IMG/VR virus record: IMGVR_UViG_3300017989_000002
DNA from: a virus
Length of the DNA stretch: 64,000 nt
Strand: one strand, 5' to 3'
Shown here: positions 8,999 to 17,812 of the stretch, in pieces
How the letters are laid out: each line of letters begins with the position of its first letter
How positions within the stretch are numbered: position 1 is the first letter of the stretch
Translations under genes and position numbers: made by a program
The notes under the pieces: model-generated
The model's database searches: none
Told to the model about the DNA's origin: nothing
What the model saw: only the letters and a program-made list of their open reading frames with translations

Positions 8999-11900
8999 TC
9001 AGTACTGGCCGCGCCAGTCCTTGACCTTGCCCTTGGTCTTGCCGAATTCGGAGCCCACCGCCAGCCCTGGGAGGGGATGGAAGCCGTGGATGTTGGACCG
9101 CCAGCCCTCGCGGAACGCCTGGGTCAGCGAAGACCCCAGGTCCTCGAAGTTGAGGCGGGCCAGCCAATCCTCCTTGAGCTCCTTCGGCAGCAGCTTGACA
9201 CCCTTCACCTGGGGCTCGTGAGCCACCGACTTCTTCCCTGCCCGGGCGGCCTTGCGGTTCCACGCGTTGACCTTGGTCACGGGGCGGATGTCGCCGGGCA
9301 CCCAGTCCGGGTGGTCTCCAGGGTCCTCGACGCGGGTGATGTCGGTCATGGCCTTGACCACGACCTCGATGTTGCGCCGCTTCACCGGGGCTGCCTTCTT
9401 GAGCACGCCCTGGATCTGGTCGGTCACGTAGTCCTGCATCTGGTGCAGGCCCCGTAGGTTCAGCACGTCTCGCGGGTTCTGGGGCCCCGTGGAGAGCGCG
9501 GTGCCGCGGGCCACACGCTGGCCCTTCTTCACCTTCAGGTCCTGCCCAGGAGGCACCCACAGCGTGGCGTCGCCCATGTAGACGTTGTGCCCGCCTCGGT
9601 CGGCCTTCTTCACGTCCTTCACCGTCCCCGACTGTGGGGCGAGCGGCGCCGTGAACGGCAGGTTCGTGTTGAGGGTGAGCAGCTCCTCGAGGCGCTTGAA
9701 GGTGCCCATCGAGTCGGAGCCGCGGCCCTTGGCCAGCCCGCCCTGGTGGAAGACGTTGAGGGACAGCTGGGTGCTGGGCTCTCCGACAGCCTGAGAGGCG
9801 ACGACGCCGAGGTTGTCTCCGATGTCGTAGGGACGCCCGTTCTCGGACAGGCCCATGCACTTCTTGCAGATCCCGTCCTCGGACTGGCACCTCGTCGGGG
9901 AGCGGACCTCGATCGCGCCCTTCCGGCCCTTCTTCGCGGCGGCCAGGAGGTGCGGCGTCACGACGGAGCCGCGGCGGTAGGTCTTGCCTCCGACGCGGAG
10001 GGGCTTGGCCAGGTAGCGGTCCAGGGCGTCGTGGTCGTCGACCGAGAGCTTCGTCCCGTCGCCCGTGCCGCAGTCGTCCTCCGTGACGAGCTGGTCCACG
10101 GTGCTGTTGATCATGAGGCGGGTCATGTAGCCTGGCATGGCCACGCCCTGCGTCTTCTGTAGGGTGCCCTTGCGCGCGCCGGCGAGCGTGACCCAGTACG
10201 CACTAGTGTCCAGGCCCTCCGAGTACGAGCTCGGCACCAGGAAGGGCACGACCTCGTCCTTGGCGTTCTTCACGAGCCCAGGCGTCGAGATGATCTGCTT
10301 GAGCTGCTCCGGCTTGCCTCGCGAGCCCGACGTCACCATCTGGTAGATGTTGGTCGGGTCCGCCTTCAGCTTCTGGGTCGTCAAGGCGTCGATGCGGTCG
10401 GTCGCCTTGTCCAAGATCGACAGGACCTCAGCGGACTTGCGCTTCCTGCCCTGCCGCAAGAGTGCGTCGACTTCCCGGTTCGACTCCCCGATGATCCGGT
10501 CCCGCTTGGCCTTGTTCACGACCCGGAAGTCGTCCAGGCCGATGGAGAAGGCCTCCTTGTACGAGTGCTCGTTCCCGAGCATCGTCAGGGCGTTGGTGAC
10601 CTTGCCGTAGTCCTGCTCGTGCTCCCGTCCGAGGCGGGACAGGAGTCCCTTCATCCTCTTGGCGTCGAGCACCGTCATGTCCTTGACCTTCCGCTTCCCC
10701 GTCTCGCGGTACTGCGCGGGGAGGACGGACTCGACGCGAAGGCGGCCCAGCGTCGTCTCCGCGCCACCGACGCGCACGATGTCGTCGAGGTTCAGGTTGC
10801 CCGTCCGGAACGCCTTCTCGGCCTCGGCCTGCGTCTTGAAGGTCTTCGAGGTCTTCTTCCCCGGCTTCGTCATCAGGTACAGGCCGAGCAGCGCCTCGTG
10901 CCCCGGGGTGTGCATGATCGCGCCGGTCGTCGGGCTGAAGAGGTTCTTCGAGGGGAACATCTTGGTGGCTTCGCGAGCCGCCTGGTCCGAGATGGGGACG
11001 TAGACCGACATGGCATCGCCGTCGAAGTCGGCGTTGAAGCCTCCCACGGCCAGGGGGTGCATCTCCAGCGCCGAGCCCTTCACGAGCCTGGGCCGGAACG
11101 CCTGGACGTTGAACTTGTGGAGGGCGGGGTCGCGCTTGAACAGGACCGGGCGCTGGCTCATCGCTCGCTCGAGGGCGTGGCGCGACCTGTCCGACTTCTT
11201 GGCGTACTCCTCCTCGGCGTCGAGGTAGCCCATGCCCTCCCGGACGAGCTCGCGCTCGGCGAAGGGCTGGTAGAGCGTCCACGCGATCTTCTCGGGGATT
11301 CCCAGCTCGTCGAGGTCCTGGCCGGGCTCCACCGTGATGGTCGACCGAGCACTGAAGTCCTGCCGCTTGCGCAGCATGTTCTTGCGGAAGAACCCCTCCT
11401 TCGAGCGGCCCCCGTCGCTGCCGTCGCTGCGCCGCACCTTGCCGGTGATGAGGTCGATGATGCCCTTGTAGCTGTCGTCCTGGCTCGACCGCGCGCGCCG
11501 ACTGATGTTGCCGCCGACGCCAGACAAGGCCTTCACCCCGTCGTAGACGCCCTTGCGGATGGGAGCCATGGACACGTAGTCCATGTGCACGTCCTTGAGC
11601 TTCTGGAGGCCCTCGGCCGTGAACGCGACGTCCTTGTACAGGAAGTTGAGGTCGTTGGTCATGAGCCGGCCGTCGGCCTGGGGCGTGACCGGGCGGAAGC
11701 GTGGCGGGAGGACCGGCACCGACCGCATCATGTAGACCGACGGGTCGAGGCCTCCCTCGTTGAGCGCGCGCACGATCCGGTAGCGCTTGTACGCCTTGTC
11801 CCGAGTCGCACCGGGCTTGAGGGACGACAGCCGCTCCTTGAGGCGCTTCTCCTCGGCCTTCACGTCGATGCCGGAGAGCATCTCCTCGATGGCTTCACCG

Positions 11901-14900
11901 CCGCGCTTGCCGTTGACCTGCGTCTCGCCGCTCACCAACTTGTTGAACTTGGCCTGGTTGATGCCCAGGAGCTTCTTGATGGCGTCCTCGAAGACCGGGT
12001 TCGGGATGGCCTCGGGAAGCTCGAACCGCGACCAGCGGTCGCCGTCGACGCCGCCGGTGATCTCGGGGTCGAACAGGCCGCCCCGGATCGGCTCCGCCGT
12101 GGTGGAGTGGAGCACGAGGCCTGGCTGTGGAAGCGCCTTGGGAGCCAGGGCCTTCACCTGGTCCTCGGTGAAGGGCATGAGCTGGAGGCTGTTGCCGTTG
12201 CGCCGCACGTTGACTCGCACGCCGTTGAGCATGCTGAGGAACTTCTCGTACACGAAGGGCGCCTTCGGGGGAGGCAGGGGCGTTCCTTCCCGAAGGGCGT
12301 CCCACAGAGCCGTGTTCCGCTCGCCCTTGTACGCCTGCATCTCGTGCAGGTTCTCCCGCGCGCCGTGCGCCAGGAGGGCGTAGGTGCCCAGCTCGCCCAG
12401 GGACTGCCCGCCGTGGGGAGCTCCGGAGCTGGGGGCGTGGTTGATGTCGTAGGGGGAGGTGCTGCCGCCCGATGCCGTGCGGCCCGACCCAGAGCCAGAG
12501 CGCGCGCTCACCTTCTTGTCGACCTGGTGGCGCAGCTTGTAGAAGTACTGCTGGCCGACGGCGGCGCGCTGGCGGAACGGCTTCTCCGTCTCAGGGTCGA
12601 ACAGGACCTCCTTGCCGTCCTCGGAGAACCCAGCGGCGCCAAGGTCCTTGGCCACCTGCGCCGTGTAGTCCGAGATCTCGGGATCGAAGTTCTTGACCTT
12701 GTAGACCTGACCCTTCCTGGCCGCGACCTTGCCCGCCGCCGTCTCCTGGACCTGACCGAGGTTGATGCGGCCTGGGATCCCCATCGGGTTCAAGGCGATG
12801 TCGAGGACCTTCTTCTCCCCGTCCTCTTCGACGTAGGGCATCTGAGAGTCGGTCATGATGCGGGTGATGACGCCCTTGTTGCCGTGACGCCCCACGAGCT
12901 TGTCGCCGACCTTGGCGGGCTCGGCCGTGCGGACGTGCACGACGACGCGCTCGACTCCTCGCTCCTTGAGCCGCTGAATGCGGACGACCTCGCCTTCGAC
13001 GTCCTTATCCCAGGTGATGGCACCGGAGACGAAGCGACGGGAGTTCCTCCGGCCTCGCTTCGGACGACCCGGGCGCGCGTCCGTGGGGTCGTGAAGCGCC
13101 AGCAGGAGAGGGTCCCCCTTCGACACACGTGCCCCGACCTTGACCACGCCGTCGTCCTGCACGTTCTCCAGCTGCCCCTTGTTGAACAGGGCTGGGTAGG
13201 AGTTGACGAACTTGCGCCGGTCGACCTGGGAGCTCTTGCCAAGGGTCGTCTCGGGCTTGTGGACGTGCTCGGAGGTGAGCTTGCCCGCCGCCGTCTCCGA
13301 GATGACGATGCCGTCCTCGAAGTTGTAGCCCTTGAGAGGCAGGTACCCGGTGCGGAGGTTGGTGCCGAGGGCCAGGACGCCATCGCGGGTGAAGGTGGTG
13401 TCGGCTACCACGTCCCCGGCCTTCACGGCGTCTCCTGCCTTGACCTTGACCTCCGAGTCGTAGAGCGAATTCGCCTTCGACCCGAAGTTGCGGAATAGGG
13501 CGACCTTGTGGCTCTTGCCTCCCGCGTCCTTGATGACCACGGCGTCCTTCTGGACCTGGGTCACGGTGCCGGCGACCGGGCTGGTTCGAGCCACTCGCTT
13601 GCCGAGCTCCTCCTCGAAGGTCTTGCCCGAGTCCGACAGTACCTGGACCAGAGGGGCTTCCCTGTGCTTGAGCGGCACCGCCTGCTCGGCCTGGCGGGAG
13701 GCCGTCATGGTGCGGTTGCCCTGGTCCGAGGACAGGAAGGGGATGAGGTTCGACGTGATGCCGAACATCTCCCGGGGAGAGGGCATGATGTAGTCGACGC
13801 TGCGAGGAGCGACGTCGGTGATCTCGCCGTCCTTCTGGACCAGGACGCGCTTCTTGCGCGCCACCCGCTTCCGGCCCGACTCCCGGTACTCGTCCGGGAA
13901 GGCCACGGACTTGCCTTGGAGCTGGGTCGGGTCGAGCCAGACCGTCTTGCCGGTCTTCGCGTCGATGAACCGGGACTCGAGCTTCCGCCCCTTCTTGCGC
14001 GTGCCCAGGGGGATGGAGAGCGTGATGCCCAAGCGGGGGCCCTCCGGCGTGTGCACGGGGTCGAGGAACCCGAGCTGGCTCGGGTCGATCATCTTCGCCT
14101 CGTCGGAGACGACGTGCTCCGACCGGATGCCTCCGTGAGGGCCCATGAGCGTCGTGCGGCGCGAGGCCGACAGCGCCTGCAGCGGGTTGATGAGCTCGGT
14201 CTGGTTCGCCAGGGAGGTCGAGAAGAAGCTGTTGAAGGGACGCTGCAGCGCCTCGCTGGGCATCATGGCCCGCACGCCGCCCTTCTCCTTCCGGGCCATC
14301 GCCGACTTCACCCGGCGCTGGATGGCCTTCTTGCTCTTCCGGAGCTGGTCACCGAACAGCTCCGGGGCTCCCGCGATGCGCTGGAACTCCATCGCCTCCT
14401 GGTTGTCCTCCGGGTCTCCCTTCACGATGCCGACCAGCTTCTTGGCACTCTGCAGCAGGACGTCGGGCGTGACCTCCTTGGCGTCCATGCCCAACGTCCG
14501 GCGCGTCGTCTCGGGGTAGAGCTCCGTCTCGGCCAGCTTCTCCTTGAGCACGGACTCCGTCTCGTCGACCTTCACCCCGAGCCACCGCGCCAGTCGAGCA
14601 CGGGACTTCTTGGGCTGGGACGCCTTGAGGCTCGAGGACCACACGCTCTCGGGCAGCACGGCCTTGATCTTCGAGTCGTCGGTTCCTGCCATGCGGAGGA
14701 AGTCCACGAGCGGGATCTTCGACGTCCCCCGCATGACCGCCACTTCCGACGTCGCGGGGTCGTACTGGACCTTCATCCGCCGGCCCGCGAACTGGCTGCG
14801 GTTCGCGAGGTTGAAGTCGGCTACCGCATCGCCGCTCTCGCGCATGCGGTGGTAGACACCGGACTTTCGCGTGAACAGGTTGGAGATGTGGTACTCGTTG

Positions 14901-15202
14901 CCGTTGTAGATGTACGAGCCCCTCTCGGTCATCCGAGGGAGGTCCATCACCTTGAGCCGGCGGCGCGACACGTCCTTGCCATTGCGCGACAGGACCACGT
15001 CGGCCTCGACAGGCACTGCCCACGTCTTCCCGTTGTCGATGGCGTCCGACTGGGCCGTCACGTCGTCGGGGTTCTTGGTGTCGCGGACCGCGACGTTCTC
15101 GAGGCGGATGCTGTCCCGGCCGTTCTCGACGGGGAACACCTCGGTCAGCGCCTCGGCGACCTCACGCTTCACGCTCTCGAAGCTGTCGACTGGGTTGGAC
15201 AC
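8999..15202 (-). CDS. rpoBC: Single-chain fused beta-beta' DNA-directed RNA polymerase
   Basis: Beta motifs GYNFEDG, GDKLVGRHGNKG, LNPMGIPGRINLGQ, YKLRHQVDKK and GGQSLGELG are followed in frame by beta' motifs GLFDPEITG, VPVLPPRFRP, KEGFFRKNMLRKRQDFSARSTI, NADFDGD (11015-11035), SGSRG, GARKG, RSPTRC..ICKKC and GEPSTQLSLNVFH. GTG start with AGGAGG. Confidence 0.97.
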   Translation of the reverse strand: MSNPVDSFESVKREVAEALTEVFPVENGRDSIRLENVAVRDTKNPDDVTAQSDAIDNGKTWAVPVEADVVLSRNGKDVSRRRLKVMDLPRMTERGSYIYNGNEYHISNLFTRKSGVYHRMRESGDAVADFNLANRSQFAGRRMKVQYDPATSEVAVMRGTSKIPLVDFLRMAGTDDSKIKAVLPESVWSSSLKASQPKKSRARLARWLGVKVDETESVLKEKLAETELYPETTRRTLGMDAKEVTPDVLLQSAKKLVGIVKGDPEDNQEAMEFQRIAGAPELFGDQLRKSKKAIQRRVKSAMARKEKGGVRAMMPSEALQRPFNSFFSTSLANQTELINPLQALSASRRTTLMGPHGGIRSEHVVSDEAKMIDPSQLGFLDPVHTPEGPRLGITLSIPLGTRKKGRKLESRFIDAKTGKTVWLDPTQLQGKSVAFPDEYRESGRKRVARKKRVLVQKDGEITDVAPRSVDYIMPSPREMFGITSNLIPFLSSDQGNRTMTASRQAEQAVPLKHREAPLVQVLSDSGKTFEEELGKRVARTSPVAGTVTQVQKDAVVIKDAGGKSHKVALFRNFGSKANSLYDSEVKVKAGDAVKAGDVVADTTFTRDGVLALGTNLRTGYLPLKGYNFEDGIVISETAAGKLTSEHVHKPETTLGKSSQVDRRKFVNSYPALFNKGQLENVQDDGVVKVGARVSKGDPLLLALHDPTDARPGRPKRGRRNSRRFVSGAITWDKDVEGEVVRIQRLKERGVERVVVHVRTAEPAKVGDKLVGRHGNKGVITRIMTDSQMPYVEEDGEKKVLDIALNPMGIPGRINLGQVQETAAGKVAARKGQVYKVKNFDPEISDYTAQVAKDLGAAGFSEDGKEVLFDPETEKPFRQRAAVGQQYFYKLRHQVDKKVSARSGSGSGRTASGGSTSPYDINHAPSSGAPHGGQSLGELGTYALLAHGARENLHEMQAYKGERNTALWDALREGTPLPPPKAPFVYEKFLSMLNGVRVNVRRNGNSLQLMPFTEDQVKALAPKALPQPGLVLHSTTAEPIRGGLFDPEITGGVDGDRWSRFELPEAIPNPVFEDAIKKLLGINQAKFNKLVSGETQVNGKRGGEAIEEMLSGIDVKAEEKRLKERLSSLKPGATRDKAYKRYRIVRALNEGGLDPSVYMMRSVPVLPPRFRPVTPQADGRLMTNDLNFLYKDVAFTAEGLQKLKDVHMDYVSMAPIRKGVYDGVKALSGVGGNISRRARSSQDDSYKGIIDLITGKVRRSDGSDGGRSKEGFFRKNMLRKRQDFSARSTITVEPGQDLDELGIPEKIAWTLYQPFAERELVREGMGYLDAEEEYAKKSDRSRHALERAMSQRPVLFKRDPALHKFNVQAFRPRLVKGSALEMHPLAVGGFNADFDGDAMSVYVPISDQAAREATKMFPSKNLFSPTTGAIMHTPGHEALLGLYLMTKPGKKTSKTFKTQAEAEKAFRTGNLNLDDIVRVGGAETTLGRLRVESVLPAQYRETGKRKVKDMTVLDAKRMKGLLSRLGREHEQDYGKVTNALTMLGNEHSYKEAFSIGLDDFRVVNKAKRDRIIGESNREVDALLRQGRKRKSAEVLSILDKATDRIDALTTQKLKADPTNIYQMVTSGSRGKPEQLKQIISTPGLVKNAKDEVVPFLVPSSYSEGLDTSAYWVTLAGARKGTLQKTQGVAMPGYMTRLMINSTVDQLVTEDDCGTGDGTKLSVDDHDALDRYLAKPLRVGGKTYRRGSVVTPHLLAAAKKGRKGAIEVRSPTRCQSEDGICKKCMGLSENGRPYDIGDNLGVVASQAVGEPSTQLSLNVFHQGGLAKGRGSDSMGTFKRLEELLTLNTNLPFTAPLAPQSGTVKDVKKADRGGHNVYMGDATLWVPPGQDLKVKKGQRVARGTALSTGPQNPRDVLNLRGLHQMQDYVTDQIQGVLKKAAPVKRRNIEVVVKAMTDITRVEDPGDHPDWVPGDIRPVTKVNAWNRKAARAGKKSVAHEPQVKGVKLLPKELKEDWLARLNFEDLGSSLTQAFREGWRSNIHGFHPLPGLAVGSEFGKTKGKVKDWRGQY

Positions 15203-15219
15203 TCATCCCCTCCTGGGCT

Positions 15220-15232
15220 TCTACCCTAGCGC
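15220..15232 (-). promoter_or_regulatory. Candidate -10 element GCGCTAGGGTAGA upstream of the RNAP gene
   Basis: 12/13 identical to GCGATAGGGTAGA at 56576-56588; both are followed by a CAGGAGGGG RBS. Confidence 0.55.
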
Positions 15233-15243
15233 GAGGAGGGCAC

Positions 15244-17151
15244 TCAGACCGCCCCAGCGCGACGTGGGGGCCTCTGGGAAGGCATCGGCCGCATGTCGAC
15301 GACAGCCCCGCCGCCGGACCCCTCTTGCCCTGAAGAGATCATGCCGTCGCCCACTCCCGGGAGATCCTCGTCGGTCGTGCCTTGGTGGGGCGCCTCTGGC
15401 GTGGGGTACGACGCCAAGACGTGGCGCACGCGGCGAGCCATCTCGGGCATCTTCTCGTTCATGCTGGCGAGCACCTGCTCTCGCTTCGCCGGATCGAGCT
15501 GGGCCAGGCGGTAGGCCCAGCCTTCGGCGAGGTCCAGCACGTTGACCTGCCGGTTCGACACGTCATCCTGCACGGGAGGCTCTGCGGCGGCCTGCGCTCG
15601 CGCCTGCTGCCGCATCTGGACCTCGGCCTGGACGTCGGCCTGGGCCTCGACCTGCATCTTCTGCATGGCCAGCTTCTGGCGGAGCTCGTGGCGGATCATC
15701 CGCTGCTCGTCGTCGTAGTCCTTGTCGAACTCGGTGAGCAGCGACTTCGCGCTCAGGTCGCCCATCGTCTTGAGCTGCATCAGCAGCTGCTTGGCCTGCA
15801 CGTCGTCCGCCATCCGGAACTGCTTCATGTGGACCTTGACGGGGCTCCACTTCATGAACATCGAGATGACGGGGATGACGAAGTGCTGCAGGAAGCGGTG
15901 CTGCATGTCCCGGTCGGCCAGGAACATGTTCTCCAGCATGCGGATCGACACGCTCGACCCCGACCAGGTGAGCCCTCCGAAGACGAACTCCTGGGGCACG
16001 TTCATCCCGACCAGGACGTGCTCCGACATCGCCCGGATCTCTTGCGTCAGCATGAGGGACTTGCCCGTGCCTCCGATGCGCTGGTGACCGAGAGGGAGGC
16101 TCATGACGGGCTTGTGGTTCGGGTCCTTGCGCCAGAAGGCGAGCTGCTGCTCGGTGTCCTTCTGCCACTGCCCCAGGTTGGTGTGGACGTAGGGGTCCGC
16201 GTTGGGGCTGGAGGAGGCCGGGAAGAACACGTCGAGGGGCAGCATGTGCTCGAGCAGCACGGCCTCGTTCGCCTTCTTCATGATCTGCAGGTGGTAGCTG
16301 TCCTTCATCGCAGCCAGGATGGGAGGCAGGCCCCAGCCCCGGGCCGACTTCGTGGACGGCGACGGCGCCGCGAAGTGGAACAGGTTGGCGTCCACCAGGC
16401 GGACGGACCTGTTGAGCCTCACCGCCTCGAGGAAGGCCTGCGGCATGTCCGCGATGAACCAGGGGTCCTTCTGACGGATCTTGGCCGCGACGTCGGCGGG
16501 GACCTTGTAGGTGTACCGCTTGTTGGTCGTCACGGGGTTGAAGTCGATGTCGACCTGCTCGGGCTCCCACCGGACGATGCGGATGTCCTTGTGGGAGCGA
16601 ATGGGCTTGTCGAAGGCGCGCGCGCGGCCCGTGTGCCCACAGGAGGGACAAGTCAGGTGGAAGCGGAAGCCCTTGAAGTCCCAGTCCTTCTTGAACTTCA
16701 GCCGCTTGACCCGGTGACTCTCCTTGCAGTGCGAACACTGCAGCATCTTGAGGAAGGGCAGGTAGATCGAGGCGAAGGCGTTGCCGTAGGTGTAGTAGTC
16801 GATGGCCAGCTCGACCTGGACCTTCTGGATGTTCAGCACCCGGTGGAGGAGGTCTTCCCACCGCTGGACGTGGCGGTCGAAGCCCTCCTCTTCGTTGGCG
16901 TCGACCTGGACCTTGGTGACGGGGTAGGCCGCCATCTTCCGGACGCCGGATGAGATGAGCGGGTTCGTCGTGGCGTGGTAGGCCAGGCGCTTGAACAGCT
17001 GCTTGATGTTCTTCGGCAGGTCCATCGAAGCGATGTCCCACCACGGGCTCGGGTACCGGCTGGACTGGTTGCGGTGGTCCAGCGAGCCGTGCTTGAACGA
17101 GCCTGTGAGAGGGGCACCGGAGGTCCCTGCGCTGGACGAGAAGCTACCCAT
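15244..17151 (-). CDS. Portal protein with Zn-ribbon insertion
   Basis: YYTYGNAFAS and WGLPPILAAM resemble the HK97-type portal GNA and G-x-S/P-P motifs. CSHC...CPSC insertion and a Gln-rich coiled-coil C-terminus. Confidence 0.7.
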   Translation of the reverse strand: MGSFSSSAGTSGAPLTGSFKHGSLDHRNQSSRYPSPWWDIASMDLPKNIKQLFKRLAYHATTNPLISSGVRKMAAYPVTKVQVDANEEEGFDRHVQRWEDLLHRVLNIQKVQVELAIDYYTYGNAFASIYLPFLKMLQCSHCKESHRVKRLKFKKDWDFKGFRFHLTCPSCGHTGRARAFDKPIRSHKDIRIVRWEPEQVDIDFNPVTTNKRYTYKVPADVAAKIRQKDPWFIADMPQAFLEAVRLNRSVRLVDANLFHFAAPSPSTKSARGWGLPPILAAMKDSYHLQIMKKANEAVLLEHMLPLDVFFPASSSPNADPYVHTNLGQWQKDTEQQLAFWRKDPNHKPVMSLPLGHQRIGGTGKSLMLTQEIRAMSEHVLVGMNVPQEFVFGGLTWSGSSVSIRMLENMFLADRDMQHRFLQHFVIPVISMFMKWSPVKVHMKQFRMADDVQAKQLLMQLKTMGDLSAKSLLTEFDKDYDDEQRMIRHELRQKLAMQKMQVEAQADVQAEVQMRQQARAQAAAEPPVQDDVSNRQVNVLDLAEGWAYRLAQLDPAKREQVLASMNEKMPEMARRVRHVLASYPTPEAPHQGTTDEDLPGVGDGMISSGQEGSGGGAVVDMRPMPSQRPPRRAGAV

Positions 17152-17812
17152 TTCGTGGTCTCCGCAGGTGCACCGCCTGGTCCATGAGCTCCTGGCGGAA
17201 CTCGGCGAGGTCCTCCCGCACGGCCAACACCTCGTTCAACTGTACCTCGGCGGGACTGTCCGGGTTGGCGAAGGGCCGGCTCCGCGAAGCCAGGAGGTGA
17301 CGCACCTGGTCGAAGGGGAGGTCCAGCTTCTTGTCCTCCACGTACTCGGTGATGACCGGCCGCGAGATGTCCAGTGGGGCCTCGAGGTACCACAGACCGT
17401 CGTGCAGGCAGGCCGCGCCGATGTAGGCCACCACGTCGTAGTGGAAGTCGGGCTGGGCGAGTTCGGCCATGGTCAGGAGCGTCCGGGCCACGTCCTCGGC
17501 CTCGGGCGGCTGCATGTAGGCGAAGTCTGGCATCTCGCCGGCGACGGCAGAGACCACCTTCTCGAACACGCCCCACTCCTCCCACGCCATGTCGTTGGTG
17601 GCCAGGAGGCGCCCTGCCTGCACGCGGTTCCACGCGACGTCGCCGAGGCCTCCGAAGCGCTCGGTGATCTCCTCCCGCAGAGCCGCAGAGTCGAGGTCCC
17701 TGTAGGACGGTCCCAGGTGCGCCAGGAGCAGGCGATGAAGAACGAGGAGGTGGGTGCCTGCCTCGTCATCGAACGGCCCCGGCGCGCGCAGAAGTGGCGC
17801 GGATGCCGTCAT
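17144..17812 (-). CDS. Hypothetical protein (head module)
   Basis: Start MTASAP at 17812 (ATGA overlap); coupled to the portal gene. Confidence 0.65.
   Translation of the reverse strand: MTASAPLLRAPGPFDDEAGTHLLVLHRLLLAHLGPSYRDLDSAALREEITERFGGLGDVAWNRVQAGRLLATNDMAWEEWGVFEKVVSAVAGEMPDFAYMQPPEAEDVARTLLTMAELAQPDFHYDVVAYIGAACLHDGLWYLEAPLDISRPVITEYVEDKKLDLPFDQVRHLLASRSRPFANPDSPAEVQLNEVLAVREDLAEFRQELMDQAVHLRRPRNG

Noticed and set aside
10565-13498. 977-aa plus-strand ORF and other long antisense ORFs (660..2246, 3437..5491, 38243..40360, 49895..52030 and others)
   Set aside because: Shadow frames of GC3-rich genes with no motifs or RBS; the opposite strand has clear motifs and coupled starts and stops.
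8999-15202. Host chromosomal rpoBC operon
   Set aside because: No ribosomal protein or other housekeeping neighbours; flanked by portal and virion genes; compact and highly divergent.
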